This document shows positions 17,757-26,924 of a stretch of DNA of 64,000 bases, one piece after another. Both the position numbers and the translations under genes were made by a program. The DNA comes from Alcanivoracaceae bacterium. GTDB taxonomy: Bacteria > Pseudomonadota > Gammaproteobacteria > Pseudomonadales > Alcanivoracaceae. The notes under the pieces are model-generated. The model had not been told where the DNA came from. It did not search any database and saw nothing but the letters and a program-made list of their open reading frames with translations. How positions within the stretch are numbered: position 1 is the first letter of the stretch; each line of letters begins with the position of its first letter. The stretch is taken from assembly GCA_029213045.1 (NCBI GenBank), contig JARGPN010000006.1, positions 168,123-232,122 on the forward strand. The letters run 5' to 3'.

Positions 17757-18980
17757 ATGCCCGCGTTTGAATATCGCTCGCTCGATCATCGAGGCAAAGT
17801 CCGTAAAGGTGTGCTGGAAGCTGACAGTGCGCGTTTAGTGCGCCAGCAACTGCGCGAAAAGGGCTGGGTGCCTATTGAAGTAGGCGAAGCCAGCGATAAA
17901 AAGCAAAGCACCAACTTGATGGAAGGAATGTCCTCACGAGGGCGCCTTAAATCTGCTGAGCAGGCGTTGATAACACGCCAGTTGGCAACATTAATTCGGT
18001 CTGGTTTGCCTATCGAGCATGCGTTATCCGCAGTGGCGCGCCAATCCGGAAAAGATCGTGTTGAGCGCATCATTTTGGCCGTACGAGCTAAGGTGCTTGA
18101 AGGACATAGCTTGGCAAACAGCCTCGGTGAATTCCCGAAAGCATTTCCCGAAATGTACCGAGCTACGGTGGCGGCCGGTGAATCCAGCGGTCATTTAGAG
18201 CAAGTGCTCGATCAACTCGCAGAATATTTAGAAACCCGTCATGACACCGGTCGCTCGATCACACAAGCGATGGTGTATCCCATATTTATTATTCTTTTTT
18301 CGGTGTTGGTGATTAGCTTTCTGATGACCTACGTAGTGCCGAAAATGGTTGAGGTATTTGAAGGGCGTGGCCAAACACTGCCGATGCTAACCCAAGTCAT
18401 GATCAGCGTGAGTCATTTTTTCAGAGATTGGATGTGGCTAGTGCTGCTTATCGGCGTTGTCGGAAGCGTTTTGTTTACGCGCGCATTACGCGAACCTGCC
18501 TTTAGAATGCGCGTGCACAGAAAGTTGGCGACATTCCCGATGATCGGCACGTTATTGCGAGCTGGCGAGAGTGCACGATTAGCCAGTACCTTGGGTATTC
18601 TCGGCCGCAGTGGTGTGCCCTTGGTCGAAGCGTTAGGCATTTCAGAGCAAGTGATTGGAAATCTCGCGATTCGTGATGCGCTCAAGCAAGCGGCCAATCG
18701 CGTGCGCGAAGGCGGAAGCTTGAGCAAAGCACTGGAGCGAAGTGGTTATTTCCCGCCAATGTTGGTGCAAATGATCGCAAGCGGTGAGGCGAGCGGCGAT
18801 TTAGATCAAATGTTGACGCGCGCTGCGGATTATCAAGAACGAGATTTAAATAATACGGTTACCACGATGGTCGGTTTACTCGGACCATTAATGTTATTGC
18901 TGATGGCTGGCATTGTGGTGTTAGTGGTGCTGTCGGTTGTGCTGCCGATGCTCGACATGAATGCCATCTTTAATCGATAG
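17757..18980 (+). CDS. gspF: type II secretion inner-membrane platform protein GspF
   Basis: 407 aa with duplicated T2SSF domains, three TM segments and N-terminus MPAFEYRSLD. Confidence 0.92.
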   Translation: MPAFEYRSLDHRGKVRKGVLEADSARLVRQQLREKGWVPIEVGEASDKKQSTNLMEGMSSRGRLKSAEQALITRQLATLIRSGLPIEHALSAVARQSGKDRVERIILAVRAKVLEGHSLANSLGEFPKAFPEMYRATVAAGESSGHLEQVLDQLAEYLETRHDTGRSITQAMVYPIFIILFSVLVISFLMTYVVPKMVEVFEGRGQTLPMLTQVMISVSHFFRDWMWLVLLIGVVGSVLFTRALREPAFRMRVHRKLATFPMIGTLLRAGESARLASTLGILGRSGVPLVEALGISEQVIGNLAIRDALKQAANRVREGGSLSKALERSGYFPPMLVQMIASGEASGDLDQMLTRAADYQERDLNNTVTTMVGLLGPLMLLLMAGIVVLVVLSVVLPMLDMNAIFNR

Positions 18981-18990
18981 GGAGATAGAA

Positions 18991-19422
18991 ATGAATAAGA
19001 TCAAGGCCGCAGGGCGTCAATCAGGTTTTACCCTGCTGGAAATCATGGTCGTTGTGACGATCTTGGGTTTGCTTGCAGCATTTATTGTGCCGAATGTTAT
19101 TGGGCAGGGTGATAAAGCGAAAGTTGACCTAGCGAAAGCCAATATGAGTGGCGTGGCAAATGCGCTGGATTTTTATAAGCTCGACAACAAAAAGTATCCC
19201 ACAACAGAACAAGGGCTGGACGCGTTAACGACAAAGCCAGAAGGCGCGAAAAACTGGAACCCGAATGGCTACCTACCTAAATTGCCAGAAGATCCTTGGG
19301 GTAACACGTATGTGTATATCAGCCCCGGTATCGACGGTAAACCCTATGACCTTTACTCCTTAGGTGCGGACGGCGTAGAGGGTGGCGAGGGATTTGATGC
19401 CGATCTCAATTTCCGCGACTAA
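18991..19422 (+). CDS. gspG: major pseudopilin GspG
   Basis: Prepilin leader and cleavage motif (QSGFTLLEIMVV) and a conserved GspG core (DPWGNTYVYISPG...YSLGADG). I prefer the ATG at 18991 over 18961. Confidence 0.9.
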   Translation: MNKIKAAGRQSGFTLLEIMVVVTILGLLAAFIVPNVIGQGDKAKVDLAKANMSGVANALDFYKLDNKKYPTTEQGLDALTTKPEGAKNWNPNGYLPKLPEDPWGNTYVYISPGIDGKPYDLYSLGADGVEGGEGFDADLNFRD

Positions 19423-19993
19423 TTCGCGACGCTCTTTAGGCTTTACTCTTCTGGAAGTGCTAGTGGTGGTGACACTGCTAGCACTTTTGGCGTCTATGGT
19501 TGTGCCTATGATGGGGCGTAATACGGAAACGGAAGATTTAGATTTTCAAGCGAAACACCTCAAAGACGTCATTCAGCAGCTTGCTGAGAACAGTATGTTT
19601 CGTGGCGAATTAATGGCGTTACGATTGGATGACACTCGTTATCAACCACAGCGGTACAACATCGACGACCAAGTGTTTGAGCCAATAGTAGGCAATGATC
19701 TGTTCACAGAATTCGAGCTTCCGACGAATTATCTACTCGAATGGACGCTGACCGAGCAAGATGATCCCGGCCAGTCTTCACTTAATCAAGTCGCTGCGAA
19801 TCTTGTCACCACGCAAAATAACGTCGATAAAGACGATCTCCCACAGCTTTACTTTTTCCCCAGCGGCGAAGCAACGCCTGTAACACTTATTTTGCGCGAT
19901 GGCGAGAAAGGCGATGAAGTTAAGCTCGAACTGGATGCCGTGGGCAGAGTAGACATTCCAACAGATGAAGATGAGTTGGATGAAGACGAATAA
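19397..19993 (+). CDS. gspH: minor pseudopilin GspH
   Basis: Prepilin motif SLGFTLLEVLVV. Its position follows gspG. The first ATG is at 19397, and the ORF-track start at 19382 is GTG. Confidence 0.72.
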   Translation: MPISISATNSRRSLGFTLLEVLVVVTLLALLASMVVPMMGRNTETEDLDFQAKHLKDVIQQLAENSMFRGELMALRLDDTRYQPQRYNIDDQVFEPIVGNDLFTEFELPTNYLLEWTLTEQDDPGQSSLNQVAANLVTTQNNVDKDDLPQLYFFPSGEATPVTLILRDGEKGDEVKLELDAVGRVDIPTDEDELDEDE

Positions 19994-20435
19994 TTATTCT
20001 CAGCGCGGCTTTACTCTCATCGAAGTGCTAGTAGCAGTTGTCATCCTGTCGTTAGCAGCATTGGTGTTGGCGAACGCATTTGGCGGCAGTGCGATGGGAT
20101 TTTCTCGGATGCAAGAACGCACCGCGGCATGGTTGATTGCCAGCGACAAGCTGGTCGAACTTCAGGTTTATCAACAGTGGCCCGGTATTGGCACTCAAGA
20201 TGAAAAACGCGAGCAGAATGACGTGGAATGGAAAATACGTACACGCGTTAGCAATGGACCTTATCCAGATACTCGCAGAGTGGATATTGAAGTTGGGCCA
20301 GAACCAGAACAGGGGCAAGAGTTTTATTACGTGTATTCGCAGGGCAGCTTGCTTGGCAAACCCTTTACTGCGGGCGCAACGGGAGCCGGTGGTTCAGGGC
20401 AAGGCGAAACTGGCGGGGGCGGCAATGCAAACTGA
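19980..20435 (+). CDS. gspI: minor pseudopilin GspI
   Basis: Prepilin motif QRGFTLIEVLVAV. Alternative ATGs lie at 19965 and 19971. It has an unusual Gly-rich C-terminal tail. Confidence 0.72.
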   Translation: MKTNNYSQRGFTLIEVLVAVVILSLAALVLANAFGGSAMGFSRMQERTAAWLIASDKLVELQVYQQWPGIGTQDEKREQNDVEWKIRTRVSNGPYPDTRRVDIEVGPEPEQGQEFYYVYSQGSLLGKPFTAGATGAGGSGQGETGGGGNAN

Positions 20436-21078
20436 TAGGCTCCTTATAGCGTCTCCTCAAAGGGGCTTCACGCTGTTAGAAGTGTTGATTGCCATCGCAA
20501 TATTTGCGGGTATTTTTTTGGCCGCACAACAAATGTTTAGCCAAGCGGTGCAGAATCGTGATCGCTTGGAGCTTGAAGCGGCGCGCATGGAATCACAGCA
20601 ACTGCTATTAACATGGCTCACCCTAGATTTCGAACAAATCGTGGCGCGGCCAGTGCGAGATGGACTGGGCACTGAGCTTCCTGCGGTCATGAGTCTTGAT
20701 CGTGGCGTTGCATTGACCCGCAATGGATGGGCCAATCCATTTGCATTGCGTCAGCGTAGCGAGCTTCAGCGAGTAGAGTATTTTTTAAATGATGATCAAG
20801 AATTGATTCGCCGCTACTGGCCTGCGCTAGATGTGAACCAAGGTACCGTGCCGGTTGAGCTCGTTATGATCAAAGACGTGGAAGACTTTCAGGTTCGTTA
20901 TTTGAGCGAGGCGAATAAAGGGCAGTACGAATGGATGACGCTTTGGCCTGCGCCGGCGCAATCCGGGTTAGCGCCAATCACGCAGCCGTTACCAAAAAGT
21001 ATTGAGGTAAATATATTTTTAGAATCAGGCGAAGTGGTGCATCGATTTTTTAGAACGGTGGCGAACCCATGGCATTAA
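20425..21078 (+). CDS. gspJ: minor pseudopilin GspJ
   Basis: Prepilin motif QRGFTLLEVLIAIAIF follows the internal ATG at 20425. The 96 upstream codons of the ORF overlap gspI and are probably not translated. Confidence 0.75.
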   Translation: MQTDRLLIASPQRGFTLLEVLIAIAIFAGIFLAAQQMFSQAVQNRDRLELEAARMESQQLLLTWLTLDFEQIVARPVRDGLGTELPAVMSLDRGVALTRNGWANPFALRQRSELQRVEYFLNDDQELIRRYWPALDVNQGTVPVELVMIKDVEDFQVRYLSEANKGQYEWMTLWPAPAQSGLAPITQPLPKSIEVNIFLESGEVVHRFFRTVANPWH

Positions 21079-22241
21079 GAACTCAGCCGCAGCCTGCGAT
21101 GAGAATAAAGGCGCTATCACGGAAAAAAACGCATCAACAGGGTTCCGCGTTGGTGGTTGTGCTGTTGATTTTTGCGTTGGCTTATTCGCTGGCTGTTGAA
21201 GTCATCTATCGTCAAGACCATGTGCAAACGCGCACCGCGAATTTATTAGATTGGGATTATCGTTATCAATATGCCATTGCCGCGGAAACACTCGCGATAC
21301 AGGGACTCATCGACGATTTAGAAGATGATCAACGCAATAATGAGATTATGGATGATTGCGTCACGGAAAAGTGGGCGGGTCCATTTTCTTTTCCCTATGA
21401 CGACGCCATCATTAGTGCGTCTGTCCAGGATTTGCAGGGCCGCTTCAACGTCAACGCCCTCATGGAATCTAATCAAAGTACCGGCCAGTTCAGTCGTGAT
21501 CAAAATATGATGCCGCGCTTTCAAACATTACTTTCGTCAGTATTGCCGTCAACACACACAAGTTACGCTGCAGGCTTGGCCAATCAAATGGCAGACTGGA
21601 TCGACACAGACAATTTGGTCAACGGCGCCGACGGTGCAGAAGATGCGGAATACCTTTATTCGCGAACGCCGAATCACCCCATTATGGATGAAAGCGAGAT
21701 GCGGGCGCTCTTTAGTTTTGATGAATCATTAGCGTCTGAGATCAACAAAGCGCAACGCCAAGCGCCGAATAATGCTACCGCTAGTACGACAGGGCAGCCA
21801 ATGAAGCCAGCGCCGCGGTTTATGTCTTATTTCACCGCGCTACCGCTTTTTGATTTGAGCGGAGCCGTGCCAGGGCCGCCAAAGCTAAATGTGAACACAG
21901 CGCCGCAGGCGGTATTGGAAGCGTATTTCTCGCTCTACGGCGCACAAGCAGCGGCGGCGACAATTGTGCAAGACCGTGCAAAGCAGCCCTATTTACAGGT
22001 GGCGGATGTATTGGCGTTGTCAGACTTCAGCAAATTGACGGTTGCGCAGAGGCCTGAACTCGAAAGTAGACTGAGCGTCAGCACTGAGTATTTTCAGGTA
22101 GTAATCGATGTTGGAATGGAGTCCGGAGTGAGTCGCTTGGTTACCCGTATCCAGCGACAAGCGCAGGGGGAAACACGAGTTATTTCTAGGGCCCTGATGC
22201 CAGTGCTTGAACCACTCGAACCTGCCTGCAATCCTGATTAG
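21069..22241 (+). CDS. gspK: minor pseudopilin GspK
   Basis: 390 aa with an N-terminal hydrophobic segment (QQGSALVVVLLIF) lacking Glu+5, which is typical of GspK. Its position lies between gspJ and gspL. An alternative start is at 21099. Confidence 0.72.
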   Translation: MALRTQPQPAMRIKALSRKKTHQQGSALVVVLLIFALAYSLAVEVIYRQDHVQTRTANLLDWDYRYQYAIAAETLAIQGLIDDLEDDQRNNEIMDDCVTEKWAGPFSFPYDDAIISASVQDLQGRFNVNALMESNQSTGQFSRDQNMMPRFQTLLSSVLPSTHTSYAAGLANQMADWIDTDNLVNGADGAEDAEYLYSRTPNHPIMDESEMRALFSFDESLASEINKAQRQAPNNATASTTGQPMKPAPRFMSYFTALPLFDLSGAVPGPPKLNVNTAPQAVLEAYFSLYGAQAAAATIVQDRAKQPYLQVADVLALSDFSKLTVAQRPELESRLSVSTEYFQVVIDVGMESGVSRLVTRIQRQAQGETRVISRALMPVLEPLEPACNPD

Positions 22242-22273
22242 AATGGACCGCAGCTAAAAATAAGGAAAATAAA

Positions 22274-23419
22274 GTGTCTGATCCCATTTTGCTCAAATTT
22301 TCGCCAGGGGCGTTGCGCGCCGAGCGCGGACACCTGGATGTGAGCTGGCAGCGACCAGATGGCAGTGTTGGTGCAGGGCCTCTGTCGTCCTTTGTACAGG
22401 ACAATCAACGTCAGGCGGTAGGAATCGTGCTGTCCGCTGCCGATGTGCAAATCACCTCGGTCGAGCTGAGTCGTCGACAAGCGCGGCATTTGCAGAAAGT
22501 GCTGCCATTTTTGCTCGAGGAGCAGCTTATTGGCGACCCGGAGACCCTGTGGTATGCCTCTGCGGGACTCCACGATGGCCGATACCCTGTTTTAGTCTGC
22601 GACCGGTTACAGCTGACCAGTCTCGTTGACGAGTTAGAGCAGGCGGGCGTGAATGTTGTTGGCGCTGCGGTTGATGCTCAGTTGGTAGCCTCTGCCGCGC
22701 CGATTCTTTATAGCGCTGACGGTTCAACGCTATTGGTGCAGTCTGCGGATCAGGTGCTGTGTCTGCCCACCGAGGAAGTACAGACAACGTGTGAAGCGCT
22801 GGGGTTGGATATCGCAGAGTACGAGCAACTCGATGAAAGCTCGATATGGGACGCGCTCCGGCAAGGATGGAAGCGTCGCTCAGAGTTGTTGCATTCTGAA
22901 TTGCGTCCCCAGGGAAATAACGAGAATCAGGTGTTTAGGTTGCCAGCCGCATGGCGGCAATTTGCTGGATTAGCAGCATCGTTGTTGGTGGTGATTTGGG
23001 CGTTGGCTTGGACTCAAGCATGGCAATATTCTCGTCTTGGCGAGCAAACACGAGAGCAGGCGGCGGACCTCTATAAATCGCTTTTTCCAGGTGATCGCGC
23101 CACGGCAAAACTGCAAGGACAGTTTAAAAACAGGCTTGCACAGCTCGGCGGTGGGGCCGCAGGGGGAGGATCATTTCTTTCCCTTATGACGCCCGTTGCG
23201 GATGCACTGGCGTCGATGAAATCCAGCGGCGTGGCTCCCAAGCGCTTAATGTTTGAAGAGCGTGATGGTTTGCTAATGTTAGATCTAGAAGCCAAAGACT
23301 ATGAGGGTCTTGAAGCGCTTCGTGGAAGTTTGCAATCTGCGGGTCTTAGCGCAGAGATCGCCAACTTTAGAAACCAAGGCGATCAGGTCGCCGCTCGGAT
23401 GAAGGTGGCCGCACAATGA
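22274..23419 (+). CDS. gspL: type II secretion protein GspL
   Basis: 381 aa with a cytoplasmic actin-like domain (LPFLLEEQLIGDPETL), one TM segment and a periplasmic domain. GTG start with an AAGGAA Shine-Dalgarno sequence. Confidence 0.8.
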   Translation: MSDPILLKFSPGALRAERGHLDVSWQRPDGSVGAGPLSSFVQDNQRQAVGIVLSAADVQITSVELSRRQARHLQKVLPFLLEEQLIGDPETLWYASAGLHDGRYPVLVCDRLQLTSLVDELEQAGVNVVGAAVDAQLVASAAPILYSADGSTLLVQSADQVLCLPTEEVQTTCEALGLDIAEYEQLDESSIWDALRQGWKRRSELLHSELRPQGNNENQVFRLPAAWRQFAGLAASLLVVIWALAWTQAWQYSRLGEQTREQAADLYKSLFPGDRATAKLQGQFKNRLAQLGGGAAGGGSFLSLMTPVADALASMKSSGVAPKRLMFEERDGLLMLDLEAKDYEGLEALRGSLQSAGLSAEIANFRNQGDQVAARMKVAAQ

Positions 23420-23946
23420 ACCAGAAAATACTGGAGCTTCGCGAGGAAGCCGAGAAACAGTTAAAGCCTGCGTTGGATTGGTATCAAGCGCGCGAGCCGC
23501 GCGAACAGCTAGTGCTTCGAGCGCTAGCGGGCACCATTGCGTTACTAATGGTGGTAACACTAATTTGGATGCCGGCATGGCAAGTGCGCGATAACGAAAT
23601 CTCTGAGTGGCAGGCGCAAGCAAAACTCTTAGCGTGGATGCAAAGTAACGAATCAACTATCCGTCAAAGGCAATCTTCCACGGGCCAAAAACGTGTGGGC
23701 TCTTCGGGTGATTGGATCGCTGGCTTGACTCGTTCTGCCTCGGGCGCGGCAGTGACATTAAAAAGTTACAATCCTGAAGGCGAGGACTCGGCGCGCATTC
23801 AATTAGAAAACCAAGCATTTTCCGCCACATATCTTTGGCTACAACAATTGTCAGAAGACGGCATTCAAGTTGTCAGCGCTGAGTTTATGCCCGGTAGTGA
23901 GCCGGGGCGAATTAATTTAAGGGCAACATTGAGACGCGGTCTTTGA
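23416..23946 (+). CDS. gspM: type II secretion protein GspM
   Basis: 176 aa with a single N-terminal TM segment. It overlaps the gspL stop (ATGA). Size and position are typical. Confidence 0.75.
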   Translation: MNQKILELREEAEKQLKPALDWYQAREPREQLVLRALAGTIALLMVVTLIWMPAWQVRDNEISEWQAQAKLLAWMQSNESTIRQRQSSTGQKRVGSSGDWIAGLTRSASGAAVTLKSYNPEGEDSARIQLENQAFSATYLWLQQLSEDGIQVVSAEFMPGSEPGRINLRATLRRGL

Positions 23947-25232
23947 AAAAAATTTCCAAATCAGTTGTTGCCTGCTTATTGCTAGTAATGTCCCCGTTTG
24001 CTGCTGCTCAGGCTGCGCAAACAGCGTTGACGTTTACTCCTCGTGATATACCCAGTGCAGACCAGCTTCCTATTGGGCAGCTGTCTATTATGCGCTGGAA
24101 AAATGGCATTTTTGAGCCGATTCCATTTCAAATTGACGAGTTTGATGAACTCGGTCTCGTCTGGTTTGAGACGACAAAATTTAAACGGGACGGCAAAGCG
24201 GGGATTTTCGATCAAAATGACCAGCTTTTATTGATGTATGAGGATGGCGGAACTAAACGTCCAGCCGTTAAGCAGCCAAAGGAAGGCTCGATTCTCGCCG
24301 AAGTTGAAATTGCTCCTCCTGCCGGTGACAGTCAATTTTTCTATCTTGTCCGCAATAACAGTCAACGAAGTGTCGTTCGCTATATCGAGCATGACCCCAG
24401 TACTGGCGTGACGCGCACCCCGTATTATTTTTTAACCACAGATCCCGAAAACGAATTGAACTGGGAGTATTTGGGGTACAACGGATATTCTGGCCCTGCT
24501 GATGCATCGATCATTGATACGTTAAAAATGCGTATGTCTGGTGGGATATTTTTGCGTTTCGCACGGATGACACTCGACAACGATAACCTAAAGCCTCGGC
24601 GTATTGGGTTTCGAATTGGGCCGATTAGGTCGGTGATGCACTTGGAGACGAGCGTTGTATTCGCTGGCTTGCCGGTTATGAAGCTTCATGTTCAGGCAAT
24701 GCGCTTTCCTGATCATTACGAGGCTCATAGCTACGCGAAAATTCCGACGTTATATAGAAAAACCGTAAGGCAGCCACAAGTCAGTGTGTCCGTAGATGGG
24801 AATAATTTAATTGGCGCCAAGGTGTGGACGGCGGCAGGCGGTAATTTACGTGCCCTAGTAAACGGTGAAATGGACGAACAAGAGCGCCAGCTCGTCGAGC
24901 GCCCATTAAGCACTGATGACAGTTGGATCCTATTTGATTCCGGAAAAGGTTTTGCTCTGCTTACGGAACTGTTGGTGCCAGAAGAATTAGAGGGCATTCC
25001 TCTTGAACTCGTGTATCAAGATGATGCTTCGTTAAAGGTAAAGCCCGAACACTATGACGGACAGTTGCCTAATTTAGGTTACGCACTTAACGGTTGGCCA
25101 GAAGCGGATGAACTAAACTTTGAAGTGCGCTTACTGTTTTTTGATAGCCTAGAAGATAAGCCGGTTGAAGAGGTGGCGGCCCTACGCTCTGGTAGGGCCC
25201 TGCAGAAAATTATTCGTCCGGTAACTCAATAA
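23943..25232 (+). CDS. hypothetical secreted or periplasmic protein, family not recognised
   Basis: 429 aa with a cleavable-looking signal peptide (MKKISKSVVACLLLVMSPFAAAQA). The TTG start overlaps the gspM stop (TTGA). It looks beta-rich, and I recognise no motif. Confidence 0.6.
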   Translation: MKKISKSVVACLLLVMSPFAAAQAAQTALTFTPRDIPSADQLPIGQLSIMRWKNGIFEPIPFQIDEFDELGLVWFETTKFKRDGKAGIFDQNDQLLLMYEDGGTKRPAVKQPKEGSILAEVEIAPPAGDSQFFYLVRNNSQRSVVRYIEHDPSTGVTRTPYYFLTTDPENELNWEYLGYNGYSGPADASIIDTLKMRMSGGIFLRFARMTLDNDNLKPRRIGFRIGPIRSVMHLETSVVFAGLPVMKLHVQAMRFPDHYEAHSYAKIPTLYRKTVRQPQVSVSVDGNNLIGAKVWTAAGGNLRALVNGEMDEQERQLVERPLSTDDSWILFDSGKGFALLTELLVPEELEGIPLELVYQDDASLKVKPEHYDGQLPNLGYALNGWPEADELNFEVRLLFFDSLEDKPVEEVAALRSGRALQKIIRPVTQ

Positions 25233-26850
25233 TTGGCAAACTGGCTTCGCCGCGAACCCTTGCGCGGCTGAACCAAAATGATGGGTTGGTCATGTAGTGC
25301 CAGCTGTAGCCGTACACGATCAAGCCAACTCGATCACCGTCTTTAAGCGGCGTTGATATCGCCGGTAAATCCTGCTCGTAGTTTCCTTTCTTTGGCAGCG
25401 GCGTTAGCTGTTCGCTCGCCACCCATACTCTGCGCGTGTTCGCATGCTGGATGCCGATACCGACAAATGCTCGGGTCGACATTTTGCTCGCAGATCCGTC
25501 CATGCTGATATTGATTTTCGGAATGCCAGAGAGCACTTCGTTGTCGTGCGCGATATACAGTGGAATAAACTTCGGCCGACCGAAGCCACCGTTTGGGCGT
25601 AGGAATCGTCTGTCGGCGCCAGGCCACCATATTTTCCGAGCGATATCGAAACCTTGATCCATAGGAATCATTAACCACTCAAATAAGCCAGAGAGGGGGA
25701 TCGTCAGTTTTGAATTCGGAACGGGGAACGTTTCACTGTTTTGGGGGAAGTCCTCGTTTGCGAGGCCTGTTTCGTAGTCCAGCGTAATGCAAAGCTCGGG
25801 GACAGTTGCCTCTTCGCCTTTTAGCTTTTCATCCCACCATGCCACGATGGCATTTGGAAGCGTCTCTTCATATTCGCCACAATGAATGGCGTCGTCTGTA
25901 TTAAACAGCGGCTTGCCCGACCACTTTTGCACTGGCCAAGGCAAAATATGCCCGCCTTGCATTGCAATCACACGGGTATCGTTTCCGCCTTTTTCAAAAC
26001 ATTCTTGGTTTTTTAGCGCCTCTTGAAAAGGGAAGAGGGAGTCACGAAAACCTTGTACAAAGAGTGCGTCGGATTTTGGCGTTAGCCCTTGGTCGCAATA
26101 CCAAGCGGGGCTTCGCTCATACATTAAATTCATCGCGTCACGGCTAACTGTTCCTGTGAAAGCGCTGCGCATGGGCTTCGCAAAGGTAAAGCCGGTATCA
26201 AAGCCACTGCTGATGCCGCCCATGACAACCAAGTTGGCACCCCAATTTGTTTTCATGTGCTGATGTGGCGCCATGGCATTGAGGTTATACCAAGTGGCAA
26301 TGGGCACAATGGCTTTCAAGCGTGGCTCGTTAAACGATGCGATCGTTTGAGCGCCACCGCCGTAGGATTCGCCGATCATCCCAATAGCCCACTCATTATT
26401 AATCTTAGAGATGCCTTGAATGTGTTCGAGCGTCCAATCAAGAACGGTGGAGACGTCACGAATTTCGAGTTCGGGGTCGAGCATATGCACTACGTCATCG
26501 CTATCACCCCAGCCGCGCTGTTCGTAGAATACGACCCAGTAGCCTTTTTTCCAGGCGGCAAGAGCGGCTTCGCCGGTAATCATTGTCTTGCCATATATAG
26601 AAAGAGGGCGCTTCGCTCGGAAGCCACCGAAACCATGTGTTGTAATAATCACAGGCGCGGTTTGGCCAGGCTCTAGTTTTGGCTGGTAGACTGTGGCCGC
26701 CAATTCCTTGCCATCATGGGTCGGAATTTTTACTTGGAAGTAATCTTCCTCGAGCGCATCGCTGATAGGGCCTTGCGTTACTGGTTCGAGTTTTGTGGTA
26801 GAGCAAGCGGATAGAAAAAGCGCGCATAAAAACGCCAGTACGACTCGCAT
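25210..26850 (-). CDS. CocE/NonD (X-Pro dipeptidyl-peptidase S15-like) alpha/beta hydrolase, predicted lipoprotein
   Basis: 546 aa with a lipobox (FLSAC) and a nucleophile elbow (GESYGG). The layout is an N-terminal hydrolase fold followed by a C-terminal beta-sandwich. Confidence 0.72.
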   Translation of the reverse strand: MRVVLAFLCALFLSACSTTKLEPVTQGPISDALEEDYFQVKIPTHDGKELAATVYQPKLEPGQTAPVIITTHGFGGFRAKRPLSIYGKTMITGEAALAAWKKGYWVVFYEQRGWGDSDDVVHMLDPELEIRDVSTVLDWTLEHIQGISKINNEWAIGMIGESYGGGAQTIASFNEPRLKAIVPIATWYNLNAMAPHQHMKTNWGANLVVMGGISSGFDTGFTFAKPMRSAFTGTVSRDAMNLMYERSPAWYCDQGLTPKSDALFVQGFRDSLFPFQEALKNQECFEKGGNDTRVIAMQGGHILPWPVQKWSGKPLFNTDDAIHCGEYEETLPNAIVAWWDEKLKGEEATVPELCITLDYETGLANEDFPQNSETFPVPNSKLTIPLSGLFEWLMIPMDQGFDIARKIWWPGADRRFLRPNGGFGRPKFIPLYIAHDNEVLSGIPKINISMDGSASKMSTRAFVGIGIQHANTRRVWVASEQLTPLPKKGNYEQDLPAISTPLKDGDRVGLIVYGYSWHYMTNPSFWFSRARVRGEASLPIIELPDE

Positions 26851-26924
26851 GGGCGTTAAACCTCTAGTTATTATCCCTGACGCAAATGCTTAAATGCACA
26901 GGTGTTTTTATTGAAGGCGCCATT

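Noticed and set aside
20137-20424. A 96-codon upstream extension of the gspJ reading frame, which gives the 313-aa ORF in the track.
   Set aside because: The prepilin leader and cleavage motif (QRGFTLLEV) follows the internal ATG at 20425. The extension overlaps gspI out of frame and has no pseudopilin features.
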